Below, in pieces: positions 9,994 to 17,560 of a DNA stretch of 64,000 nucleotides. The stretch comes from Candidatus Moraniibacteriota bacterium (lineage in GTDB: Bacteria > Patescibacteriota > Minisyncoccia > Moranbacterales > GCA-2747515). The position numbers and the translations under genes are program-made. The stretch spans positions 198,240 through 262,239 of the forward strand of contig CALNYG010000005.1 of the NCBI GenBank assembly GCA_942490825.1. The letters are read 5' to 3'. The notes under the pieces are model-generated. The model made no database searches. It saw nothing but the letters and a program-made list of their open reading frames with translations, and was not told where the DNA came from. How positions within the stretch are numbered: the stretch's first letter is position 1; every line of letters starts with the position of its first letter.

Positions 9994-10266
9994 ATGTTAA
10001 CCAAAAGGCAAAAGGTAAATGCAACAAAAGAAGTAATTAGACATAAGACGGATACTGGGTCTCCAGAATATCAAATCGCTCTTTTTACGACACGGATTAA
10101 GAAATTAACGGCACACTTGAAGAAAAACATTCATGATTTTCATTCTCGACGTGGTTTGTTGAAGATGGTAGCTAAAAGGAAAAAACTTTTGGATTACTTG
10201 TCAAAAAATGAGCCTAAAACTTACAAGACAATTATCAAGAAGTTTGAGTTAAGAGAGCGCAAATAA
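9994..10266 (+). CDS. rpsO: 30S ribosomal protein S15
   Basis: 90 aa; TGSPEYQIALFTTRIKKLTAHLKKNIHDFHSRRGLLKMVAKRKKLLDYL is typical S15. Confidence 0.95.
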   Translation: MLTKRQKVNATKEVIRHKTDTGSPEYQIALFTTRIKKLTAHLKKNIHDFHSRRGLLKMVAKRKKLLDYLSKNEPKTYKTIIKKFELRERK

Positions 10267-10350
10267 TGCGCTTTTTTAATTGGTTTTGAAATTTGATATT
10301 ATTTTAATGAGGAGTTAAAAATTATTAAGTTGAGACAATTAGAAACGTTT

Positions 10351-10383
10351 CGGAATCAGTGGTCTTCGACACACTAATTCCGG
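10351..10383 (+). repeat. Palindromic intergenic element, CGGAAT(C/T)AGTGGTCTTCGACACACTAATTCCGG family
   Basis: 13-bp stem hairpin. A second copy lies at 12349-12382 and a third inside murE (41044-41136). All share the 5' flank (A/G)GAAA(C/T)GTT. Confidence 0.85.
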
Positions 10384-10413
10384 CAAATTAATTAAATTTA
10401 AAATAAAAAGTTT

Positions 10414-10911
10414 ATGAAACATAAGGATCAGCGAGTGGCGGTTTTGGTGGATATTCAAAATTTGTATTATAGTGCTCGTGTTTTGTATAAGAAAAAGGTG
10501 AATTTTAAGAACTTGCTTATGGAGTCTGTGGGTGATCGGAAATTGATTCGTTCGATTGGTTATGGGATTGCGACTGAAGAGGCGTCGGAGGATAAGTTTT
10601 TTGATGCTTTGGAAAAGGCGGGCTATGAGGTGAAGACTAAGGATTTGCAGATTTTTCCTGGTGGGCAGAAAAAGGGTGATTGGGATGTTGGGGTGGCGGT
10701 GGATGCGATTAAATTATCAAAGCATGTGGATGTGATTATTTTAGCTTCTGGTGATGGTGATTATATTCCTTTGGTGGAGTATTTGCAGGCGACGACTGGT
10801 TGTCGGGTTGAGGGGGTTAGCTTTGGGGAATCGACTAGCATGCGCTTGATTGAATCTTTGGATGATTTTTTGAATTTATCGGAGGATAAGAAAAAGTTTT
10901 TGATTCGGTAG
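10414..10911 (+). CDS. NYN/LabA-like (PIN-fold) domain protein
   Basis: RVAVLVDIQNLYYSA .. ILASGDGDYIPLVEYLQ pattern of PF01936-type proteins. Confidence 0.75.
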   Translation: MKHKDQRVAVLVDIQNLYYSARVLYKKKVNFKNLLMESVGDRKLIRSIGYGIATEEASEDKFFDALEKAGYEVKTKDLQIFPGGQKKGDWDVGVAVDAIKLSKHVDVIILASGDGDYIPLVEYLQATTGCRVEGVSFGESTSMRLIESLDDFLNLSEDKKKFLIR

Positions 10912-10935
10912 GAATTTTGTGAAATTTGGGCAAAT

Positions 10936-10967
10936 AAAAAACACCTCTTTTGTGGAGGTGTTTTTTT
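10936..10967. terminator. Bidirectional intrinsic terminator
   Basis: AAAAAACACCTCTTTTGTGGAGGTGTTTTTTT between convergent ORFs. Confidence 0.8.
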
Positions 10968-10970
10968 AAA

Positions 10971-11132
10971 TTAAGCGTTATCCATTTTTACAGCATGTTT
11001 GATATTCTCTTTTATTTCTCTTAACTCTTCCTTGATGGAAGTTAAGACTTCCAACTTTCTAGCAATTTCTTCTAGTGCTTCAGCAGTTCTTCGTCTCGTA
11101 TTTTCTTCATTATTTAAATCAAATGCTCCCAT
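10971..11132 (-). CDS. Small hypothetical coiled-coil protein (53 aa)
   Basis: Below the track size cutoff. MGAFDLNNEENTRRRTAEALEEIARKLEVLTSIKEELREIKENIKHAVKMDNA; ends at the bidirectional terminator. Confidence 0.35.
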   Translation of the reverse strand: MGAFDLNNEENTRRRTAEALEEIARKLEVLTSIKEELREIKENIKHAVKMDNA

Positions 11133-11142
11133 AATTATTTTG

Positions 11143-11505
11143 TTAGTTTTTTAAAAAAGGAATTTTTTCAAGATCATATTTACGTTGTCTTTCGAGCGGG
11201 GAAATTTTTTCTTTAAAAAATAATTCTTCTCGCCTACTTAGACCATCTATTACTCCTTGTGAAACACATTGTGATTCTATTTTTGTTATTTCGACATCTC
11301 TTTCTTCATATAGAGAAATAATTTTTTTCTCATTTTTATGAATTCTAATAAAAAGGTATGAAAAGTATATGAATCCAAAAAATAACATTATTTTCCATAA
11401 AGCATTCCAAGTATCAGTAAGGTTAGAAGATAATTGGAAAATAAAAACTCCTAAGAAAGCAATTTCTACAATCATTAAAATGTTTCCTATTTTGGTACAT
11501 TTCAT
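11143..11505 (-). CDS. Hypothetical membrane protein
   Basis: Two predicted TM helices. Its start codon lies 17 nt after the tRNA-Ser(GCU) 3' end. Confidence 0.5.
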   Translation of the reverse strand: MKCTKIGNILMIVEIAFLGVFIFQLSSNLTDTWNALWKIMLFFGFIYFSYLFIRIHKNEKKIISLYEERDVEITKIESQCVSQGVIDGLSRREELFFKEKISPLERQRKYDLEKIPFLKN

Positions 11506-11522
11506 AAAAGTTTTTTTAAATG

Positions 11523-11609
11523 CGGAGAGTGAGGGATTCGAACCCTCGAGACCCGTTAAGGTCTAACACCTTAGCAGGGTGCCCTATTCAACCACTCTAG
11601 CAACTCTCC
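11523..11609 (-). tRNA. tRNA-Ser (anticodon GCU)
   Basis: Reverse complement GGAGAGTTGCTAGAGTGGTTGAATAGGGCACCCTGCTAAGGTGTTAGACCTTAACGGGTCTCGAGGGTTCGAATCCCTCACTCTCCG. It has a 7-bp acceptor stem, anticodon loop CTGCTAA, a long variable arm and a GGTTCGAATCC T-loop. Confidence 0.9.
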
Positions 11610-11777
11610 AGTGTTTCTATATATTATTTCATTTTTTAAGAACGTTCACTTTTAGCAGTATATCATTTAATTTTATTCAAATCAATAGCGTGACACATGC
11701 GTAGAAACAAGGCAATGCCTTGTTTCTACAATAAGGCAGGGTTTGAAAAAAGCATTGAGTGTGTTAAATTTAAAGAT

Positions 11778-12209
11778 ATGAAAATGAAAATTGTTACAAT
11801 TGGAAAGCCGAAGCGGGAATTTGAAGGTTTGTTTAATGAATATTTAAAAAGACTTTCGGGTTTTTGTTCAGCTCAGGTTGTGCATATTAAAGAAGGGAAA
11901 AATAATGATGCTCAGATTTTGAGTGAGATTGAGGGTTTTTATTCTGTTTTTTTGGATGAAAAAGGTAAGCAATTTTCGTCGGTTAAATTTTCGGATTTTT
12001 TAGAGAAAAAAAAGAATGAGGGGAATTCTAATTTTGTGTTTGTGATTGGTGGTCCGGATGGTCATTCTGAGGAAGTTAAGAAAAAGGCGGATTTGATTTG
12101 GTCGTTGAGTGAAATGACGTTTCCGCATGATTTGGCGATGGTGATGTTGGCGGAGGGTCTTTATCGGGTGGTTACGATTGGGGCGGGACATCCTTATCAT
12201 CGGGAATAG
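11778..12209 (+). CDS. rlmH: 23S rRNA (pseudouridine1915-N3)-methyltransferase RlmH
   Basis: MKIVTIGKPK .. FVIGGPDGHSEEV .. LSEMTFPHDLAMVMLAEGLYRVVTIGAGHPYHRE. Track start 11697 runs through an intergenic hairpin and was trimmed to ATG 11778. Confidence 0.9.
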   Translation: MKMKIVTIGKPKREFEGLFNEYLKRLSGFCSAQVVHIKEGKNNDAQILSEIEGFYSVFLDEKGKQFSSVKFSDFLEKKKNEGNSNFVFVIGGPDGHSEEVKKKADLIWSLSEMTFPHDLAMVMLAEGLYRVVTIGAGHPYHRE

Positions 12210-12348
12210 ATTGGTAGACTTGTAGAATGTTAGATGGTTAGATTTGTAGAGATATTGTTCTGTAATGTTTTAGGTTGAGTGAAAATTTTTAATTTACGTT
12301 TTTCTGATGTTTTAGTAGTTTAAATAATTTTTCAGTTTGGAAACGTTA

Positions 12349-12382
12349 CGGAATTAGTGGTCTTCGACACACTAATTCCGGC
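12349..12382 (+). repeat. Second copy of the CGGAATTAGTGGTCTTCGACACACTAATTCCGG palindromic element
   Basis: Near-identical to 10351-10383. Confidence 0.85.
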
Positions 12383-12419
12383 GACAAAAACTTTAAGTTT
12401 TCTTAAATCTTAAAGTATA

Positions 12420-12487
12420 GATACCGGATAGACGAATTTAAATCAATCACTTCGTTCTTGAATAAATTCTGTCTTCCGGCATGACAT
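12420..12487 (+). repeat. Half-copy (right arm) of the ~195-bp MITE
   Basis: GATACCGGATAGACGAATTTAAATCAATCACTTCGTTCTTGAATAAATTCTGTCTTCCGGCATGACAT matches 47741-47808. Confidence 0.8.
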
Positions 12488-12543
12488 GTCTGGGAATGTT
12501 GTGAAATTTGTAGAATTTAAAAATTCTAAATTTATGTATCATA

Positions 12544-12560
12544 GCCCGTGCGGCGAGCAC
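12544..12560 (+). repeat. GCCCGTGCGGCGAGCAC box (dispersed 17-mer, 14 copies in window)
   Basis: Copies on + at 9831, 12544, 15864, 21404, 26817, 31395, 40359 (GCCTG variant), 47864, 58490 and 60616 (..CAGGCAC variants) and 63099. Copies on - at 29516, 48533, 62249. A degenerate copy sits near 56237. Confidence 0.9.
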
Positions 12561-12587
12561 TTTATTTATTTTTAAATTTAAAATTAT

Positions 12588-13334
12588 ATGAAAGATCAAG
12601 ATATTATTGAGCAGTTTCGGATTGGTCGGTATGGGAAGAGTGATGTTGTCGTAGTTGAGGGGATTCATGCTTTTAAACATGCTTATCGTTTTGGCGGGGA
12701 ATTTGTGGCGGTTTATAGTTCGAATAAAAGTAAAGTTGTTGCTTTGACGGAAAAAATTGCTAGTCCTGAGGAGGCGAAAATTTTAAGTGAAATGATTATT
12801 GAGGTTGATAAGGAATTGTTGGCGGAGTTTTCACCGCATCCGATTCGGACAGAATTAATTTCTTTGGTACGAAAACCTGAGCAGAAAAAAATTGAAGATT
12901 TGGATAATAATAAACCAATTGTTTTTTTGGAGGAGCCGCATGATACGAAAAATGTGGGAGCGACTGTGCGAGTGGCGGCGGCTTATGGTGTTGCGGCTTT
13001 GTGTGTGAGTGGAGAGATTAATCCTTGGCATGCTGGATGTATTAAGTCTGGTTCGGGTTTGCATTTTGCGATTCCGATTTTTAAGGTTGAGAATCTTGAG
13101 GAAATTTCTGAAGGACGGATGATGGTGGCTTGTGATGCGGATGGTGAGAATATGTATGAAACGGTTTTGCCGAAGGGTTCGGTTTTGGTTTTTGGGACGG
13201 AGCGGTATGGGATTACGGATGGGGTTAAAAAATTGGTTGATAAGACTATTTCGATTCCGATGATGGAGAATGTTTCGAGTTTGAATTTGGCGACTTCGGT
13301 TTCGGCGGTTTTGTTTGGTGGGAGGTTTAAGTAG
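12588..13334 (+). CDS. TrmH/SpoU-family RNA 2'-O-methyltransferase
   Basis: SPOUT motifs: EEPHDTKNVGATVRVAAAYG, LVFGTERYGI, IPMMENVSSLNLATSVSAVLF. Confidence 0.85.
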   Translation: MKDQDIIEQFRIGRYGKSDVVVVEGIHAFKHAYRFGGEFVAVYSSNKSKVVALTEKIASPEEAKILSEMIIEVDKELLAEFSPHPIRTELISLVRKPEQKKIEDLDNNKPIVFLEEPHDTKNVGATVRVAAAYGVAALCVSGEINPWHAGCIKSGSGLHFAIPIFKVENLEEISEGRMMVACDADGENMYETVLPKGSVLVFGTERYGITDGVKKLVDKTISIPMMENVSSLNLATSVSAVLFGGRFK

Positions 13335-13336
13335 AA

Positions 13337-13999
13337 TTATTTTATATAATGATAACCAATTATAGGATCTTTAGGGGCTAATCCTTTTAAGACTTTAATT
13401 CTTTTTAGCATTATTTTTTTAAATCCTTCTGCCGTTTCAGATGGTTTGAGTTTTGTGCCTACTCTATTTATCTCTTTATCGAAAATATTTTTTAAATCAG
13501 AATTATTTATATATAAATAATCAAATAGTAAAAAAGTTTTTTGTATAAACTCATCAGTTTCTTTAACTCCTAAATCAAAATATATATTTCCATGAATGCT
13601 TTCTGAATCTGAATGTGCCGAATATTTTTTTCTGGCTAATTCTATTTTTTGCCTTATTTTTCTATTTTCTTTTTTCCATTTATAAAAATTTTTTGACTCC
13701 TTTGAATTTTTATCTGAGAAGTGTTCCTTTATAAATGAAAATAAAGTAATGCTTTGTTGAAAGCTATCAGGATTAATTATTTTATGTATTTCAGTTATGG
13801 CATAGCTTATAAAAATATTTTTTGAAAATAGTAAAAAATTATCAAATTCATCTTTATAAGAAGGCATTATACATTTTTCATATAATTCTTGACTAGTTTC
13901 ATTTCCTGCTTCTTTTGTTGCAAAAATAAAACCGCTTATTTCATACATATCTAAAAGAGATCGATTTAAGTGTATCCATTCAACTTCTTTTTTATTCAT
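13337..13999 (-). CDS. Hypothetical protein with HEPN-like R-x5-H (RKKYSAHSD) motif; possible Abi-type RNase
   Basis: AT-rich orphan on the opposite strand to its neighbours. ELARKKYSAHSDSE resembles the R(N/K)KxxAHxD signature of Abi-associated HEPN domains. This is a motif-only call. Confidence 0.3.
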   Translation of the reverse strand: MNKKEVEWIHLNRSLLDMYEISGFIFATKEAGNETSQELYEKCIMPSYKDEFDNFLLFSKNIFISYAITEIHKIINPDSFQQSITLFSFIKEHFSDKNSKESKNFYKWKKENRKIRQKIELARKKYSAHSDSESIHGNIYFDLGVKETDEFIQKTFLLFDYLYINNSDLKNIFDKEINRVGTKLKPSETAEGFKKIMLKRIKVLKGLAPKDPIIGYHYIK

Positions 14000-14047
14000 A
14001 TTTTATATTTTTAAAAACAAAAAACCGTTTTTTCAATGACGGTTTTT

Positions 14048-14344
14048 TTAGTAGATGTTTTCGTAAGTTTCTTTACAGATATTTAATTGTAAATTAGTGT
14101 CATATCTGCAATTTTTTCCACATTCGCCATCAGTCATGTCAGGTTTTGTGGAATTATCTCTAAAAGAAGAAACGGTTTTTTGACATTCTTCAAGTGTTTT
14201 AAATTTTCCTACTTCTTTAAAAGAATCTAAGTTTTCATAGTTAGGATAATAAAAACCAGTATATTCATCTTTTGATTTTTTATTACATCCAATTAAGATA
14301 AAAGCAAAAAATATTATTGAACTTATAGCAAATATATTTTTCAT
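14048..14344 (-). CDS. Small lipoprotein, hypothetical
   Basis: Signal peptide with lipobox FILIGC. Start codon lies 16 nt after the tRNA-Ser(UGA) 3' end. Confidence 0.55.
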   Translation of the reverse strand: MKNIFAISSIIFFAFILIGCNKKSKDEYTGFYYPNYENLDSFKEVGKFKTLEECQKTVSSFRDNSTKPDMTDGECGKNCRYDTNLQLNICKETYENIY

Positions 14345-14360
14345 AAAATTTTTTTAAATG

Positions 14361-14447
14361 CGGAGGCGGAGGGATTCGAACCCCCGGGACCCGTGAAGGT
14401 CCTTTAGTTTTCAAGACTAATGCATTCGACCACTCTGCCACGCCTCC
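14361..14447 (-). tRNA. tRNA-Ser (anticodon UGA)
   Basis: Reverse complement GGAGGCGTGGCAGAGTGGTCGAATGCATTAGTCTTGAAAACTAAAGGACCTTCACGGGTCCCGGGGGTTCGAATCCCTCCGCCTCCG. Anticodon loop CTTGAAA and a long variable arm. Confidence 0.9.
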
Positions 14448-14601
14448 TTTCTAACACAATGCAATAAAACTATAATAACAGTTAGTAACAATTTTGTAAA
14501 TATGTTAAAATTGGAATAGATTGATAGATCTTTAGACGTATAGATTATCAGAGATAAAACTTGTAATGACCATTGTTAATTTAAAGCTTGGTGATTTTCT
14601 G

Positions 14602-14681
14602 TGGGGGATTCTTCACTGCATAAATTTATCTGCGATAAATTTATTACGCCTGTCTGCCGACAAAGGCAGGTTCAGAATGAC
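14602..14681 (+). repeat. GGGGATTCTTCAC / hairpin / TTCAGAATGACA intergenic module
   Basis: Core copies at 9731-9789, 14602-14681, 15773-15829, 21476-21531, 26677-26776, 31252-31330 and 60510-60590 (+), and at 29560-29640 and 60405-60462 (-). The central hairpin is ATAAATTTATC-TGC-GATAAATTTAT or ATAAATTTTTT-TTAT-AAAAAATTTAT, with pairing kept by compensatory changes. Confidence 0.85.
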
Positions 14682-14716
14682 AGGAAATTTTTAGAGAATT
14701 ACATAAAAACAAAAAT

Positions 14717-15589
14717 ATGAAAATAGATCTTAGAAACAATATGTTAGATGAGGCTCAGCAAAAAAAGAGTCAAAAAGTTGGAATGTTCAACGGTCTTTTT
14801 GGTAACAAAAAAAAGATAAAAAAATTAGAAACACATGTAGAGCCTCTTAAAAAAATAGAAGCACCTAAAAAAATAAAAAAACTTTTAGAGCCAGAAGATT
14901 CTTTTCAGTTAAGCGAAGATCCAGGGATCGGACAATCAGATTTTCAATCTAAAAAAGAAGTTCAACAAGAAGAACAATTGCAAGAGCAAGAGCAAACACA
15001 AGATCAAAATCAGGAAGAAGCTATTGGAGAAAAAAATTTTAATCAGACAAAAGGAACTATTGAGCAGGATTATCAGCGAGATGTTGAATATCCTTATCAG
15101 AAAAGTGATTATATAGAAGAGTCACCTGAAAAGATTTTGATTAAGTGGCAAGGACCAGATCATGAAAGTTATCCAAAGAGTAAGAGATGGTATACAATTG
15201 CGGGGTTTGTTTTGGCGAGTTTAGTGACTTATGCAGTACTTACTAACAGCCCACTAACGGCGATTGTTTTTATTTTGATTGGTATTGTTGGGTATATGTA
15301 TTTGGAGAGGGATCCACAACTGACTGATTTTGCAGTTAGTTATGATGGTGTTGTGATTGGTAATGAAGTTTATGAATGGGATGATATGGTTTCTTTTTGG
15401 ATTTTTTATGATCCGCCTCATACTCGAGTTATTAGTTTACATATGAAAGGGAAGTTGATGCCTTATATTCATATTCCTTTGCATCAGATTGATCCAGTTG
15501 ATGTTCGTGAAAAAATGATGGAGTTTGTGCCAGAGATTAAACAGGAGCAGGGAATGGTGGATGTTTTGGAGCGGTTGTTGCATATGTAG
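14717..15589 (+). CDS. Hypothetical membrane protein with Q/E-rich N-terminus
   Basis: Two adjacent TM helices (YTIAGFVLASLVTYAVL / LTAIVFILIGIVGYMYL). No recognised catalytic motif. Confidence 0.5.
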   Translation: MKIDLRNNMLDEAQQKKSQKVGMFNGLFGNKKKIKKLETHVEPLKKIEAPKKIKKLLEPEDSFQLSEDPGIGQSDFQSKKEVQQEEQLQEQEQTQDQNQEEAIGEKNFNQTKGTIEQDYQRDVEYPYQKSDYIEESPEKILIKWQGPDHESYPKSKRWYTIAGFVLASLVTYAVLTNSPLTAIVFILIGIVGYMYLERDPQLTDFAVSYDGVVIGNEVYEWDDMVSFWIFYDPPHTRVISLHMKGKLMPYIHIPLHQIDPVDVREKMMEFVPEIKQEQGMVDVLERLLHM

Positions 15590-15896
15590 GAAATAGATGA
15601 TTAGATTTGTAGAGACATTGCACTGCAATCTCTCTGAACGAGTGAAATTTTTTTAATATGTTTATGTTGGCAGATAGACTTTCAAAAAGTGCAACATGTT
15701 ATTGCGAGGGAAGTGGGGTAATCTTAGTAAGTTTTTTTGATATTTTATTTTTGAAGCTTTGTGAATTTTTGTGGGAGATTCTTCACTGCGTAAATTTTTT
15801 TACAAAAAATTGACTTCGTTCAGAATAACGGGAAACTTTCATAAAAAATTGAATCTTTAAAAAGCCCGTGCGGCGAGCACATTTATTTTTTTAATA

Positions 15897-15925
15897 TTGA
15901 CCAAATTGTTTTTTAGCGATATTAT
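15897..15925 (+). promoter_or_regulatory. Sigma70-type promoter for tRNA-Arg (TTGACC-17-TATTAT)
   Basis: TTGACC 15897-15902 and TATTAT 15920-15925, about 24 nt upstream of the tRNA 5' end and 17 nt downstream of a GCCCGTGCGGCGAGCAC box. Confidence 0.6.
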
Positions 15926-15948
15926 ATTTTTAGTTATGTAAATAAAAA

Positions 15949-16021
15949 GTCCTTGTAGCTCAGTGGATAGAGCGTTTGGTTGCGGTCCAAAAGGTCGTAG
16001 GTTCGACTCCTACCAAGGACA
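15949..16021 (+). tRNA. tRNA-Arg (anticodon GCG)
   Basis: GTCCTTGTAGCTCAGTGGATAGAGCGTTTGGTTGCGGTCCAAAAGGTCGTAGGTTCGACTCCTACCAAGGACA folds as a canonical 73-nt cloverleaf. Anticodon loop TTGCGGT. Confidence 0.9.
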
Positions 16022-16241
16022 CAAATGTTAGACTTTTAGAATGTAGACAGTTAGATAGTTATTAATTTTGAATTTTAAATTTCAATTGAATGTAATAATT
16101 CTAAAATTTTCAAAACTTGTAGAGACGTCGATTTATCGCGTCTCTAAATGATTATCGATTGCTGATGACTTTTTAAATTAAATCTAAATAACTTAAAGGT
16201 ATCAAAAAAACCGCTAGTAACATAGCGGTTTTTTTAAGGCT

Positions 16242-16967
16242 CTATTTTTCACACTCGTTACCTCTGCACATTTGTTTTTCGTGCTCTAGTTTTTCATCAG
16301 CTTCTTGAACAGATTTTTCGGCGAAAGTTCTTTTGGTGTATAAATTCATTAATGAGAACATAACCATTGCGGATAAAACGATTCCAGCGATATTTATTAA
16401 GAGCATGGTTAATGCACTGGAGATTAAACTCATTTTAAAATGAGCGAGACCGATTCCAATGGTGGCTAGTGGTGGTACTAAAGTTATAGCGATGGCGGTT
16501 CCTGGTAGGGCTTCGTTTAAATCTGGTTTTACTCGGGCGAAGGCGGTAGTTGCTCCAGCGATGACGGCGATTAGTAGATAAGCTATAGATGGACTGGTTA
16601 GGAAATCTATTTGGGAATTGACGACATATTCTTTTCCTCCGCTAGCCCAGAGTAGCCAAGTTAGGACGAAAGATATTCCAATACTAAAAGCGATTGATTT
16701 TAGTAATACGTAAAATGATCGGGATATTAGTTTTCCATCGTTCATGATTATTCCTAAGGCAAGGGAAAGGATGGGGGATAATAATGGTGCGATTAGCATT
16801 GAGGCGATTAGTACGGCGGTGTTGTTGATTATTAATCCACAGGTTGCCATGGATACGGACATGATTACGAGAAAGAAGAACGATGGTCGTGGGGTTGAAT
16901 CTTCGATTAGGTCTTTTATTGCATCAACTTTATTTTCTTCGTGGATGTTTTCGAATAGTAGGCTCAT
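16242..16967 (-). CDS. DUF389/TIGR00341-like hydrophobic membrane protein
   Basis: FFFLVIMSVSMATCGLIINNTAVLIASMLIAPLLSPILSLALGI pattern; multiple TM helices. Confidence 0.65.
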   Translation of the reverse strand: MSLLFENIHEENKVDAIKDLIEDSTPRPSFFFLVIMSVSMATCGLIINNTAVLIASMLIAPLLSPILSLALGIIMNDGKLISRSFYVLLKSIAFSIGISFVLTWLLWASGGKEYVVNSQIDFLTSPSIAYLLIAVIAGATTAFARVKPDLNEALPGTAIAITLVPPLATIGIGLAHFKMSLISSALTMLLINIAGIVLSAMVMFSLMNLYTKRTFAEKSVQEADEKLEHEKQMCRGNECEK

Positions 16968-16999
16968 TTTATTTTTTATAAATATTATTTAAGTTATTC

Positions 17000-17371
17000 T
17001 TAAGGTTTTAATTTAAAAATAGAGGCAGCTGATAATAAACATAATATTAATATTGGAGTAAAATTGTTTTGCCAAAGTCCTAGGGTTAAACCAAAAATAC
17101 TTATACTTGAAAGTGACATAATCTGAAAGTATTTTATTTGACTTATTTCATTATTCTTCATAATTTCTGGAATATATGAGTATGAAATAAAAATTATTAT
17201 TAAGGATAGGGTGAAAACTATGGCAAAGGGTATGTTGAATAAACTGTTAAAGTTTAAGGAAATGGGTATATTTTGTTGACTTATTGTAGAATATCCAACA
17301 ATGATATACATTATTGGAGCTATTATAGAGGCAAACCATAAGTGTTTAATTGGCATTTTTTGTTTATTCAC
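17000..17371 (-). CDS. Hypothetical small membrane protein
   Basis: Four predicted TM segments; AT-rich. Confidence 0.45.
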   Translation of the reverse strand: MNKQKMPIKHLWFASIIAPIMYIIVGYSTISQQNIPISLNFNSLFNIPFAIVFTLSLIIIFISYSYIPEIMKNNEISQIKYFQIMSLSSISIFGLTLGLWQNNFTPILILCLLSAASIFKLKP

Positions 17372-17482
17372 TTTTTTATTTTTAAATTGGTTACTTTTTT
17401 ATTATATCATAATTAGTTAAAAAAAATGTAATTAAATAATTTTTTAAGAATATCCAAGGGGTGGTCATTTAGTTAAAGAATG

Positions 17483-17510
17483 TTGACAAAACCTCATTTG
17501 TGCGTATAAT
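17483..17510 (+). promoter_or_regulatory. Sigma70-type promoter TTGACA-16-TATAAT
   Basis: TTGACA 17483-17488 and TATAAT 17505-17510, upstream of the surface-protein/sortase pair. Confidence 0.6.
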
Positions 17511-17560
17511 TTAACTTAATCTCTTTTATGGGATTTTTAATTTAGTTAATGATAGTTATC

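Noticed and set aside
11697-11777. N-terminal extensions proposed by the ORF track for rlmH (11697), the DHH-like gene (29436-29543), murE (40363-40404), the methyltransferase after polA (34049-34192) and ORF 25422.
   Set aside because: The extensions translate intergenic repeat modules (the GTAGA hairpin, the GCCCGTGCGGCGAGCAC box) or overlap polA. Conserved N-termini begin at internal ATGs.
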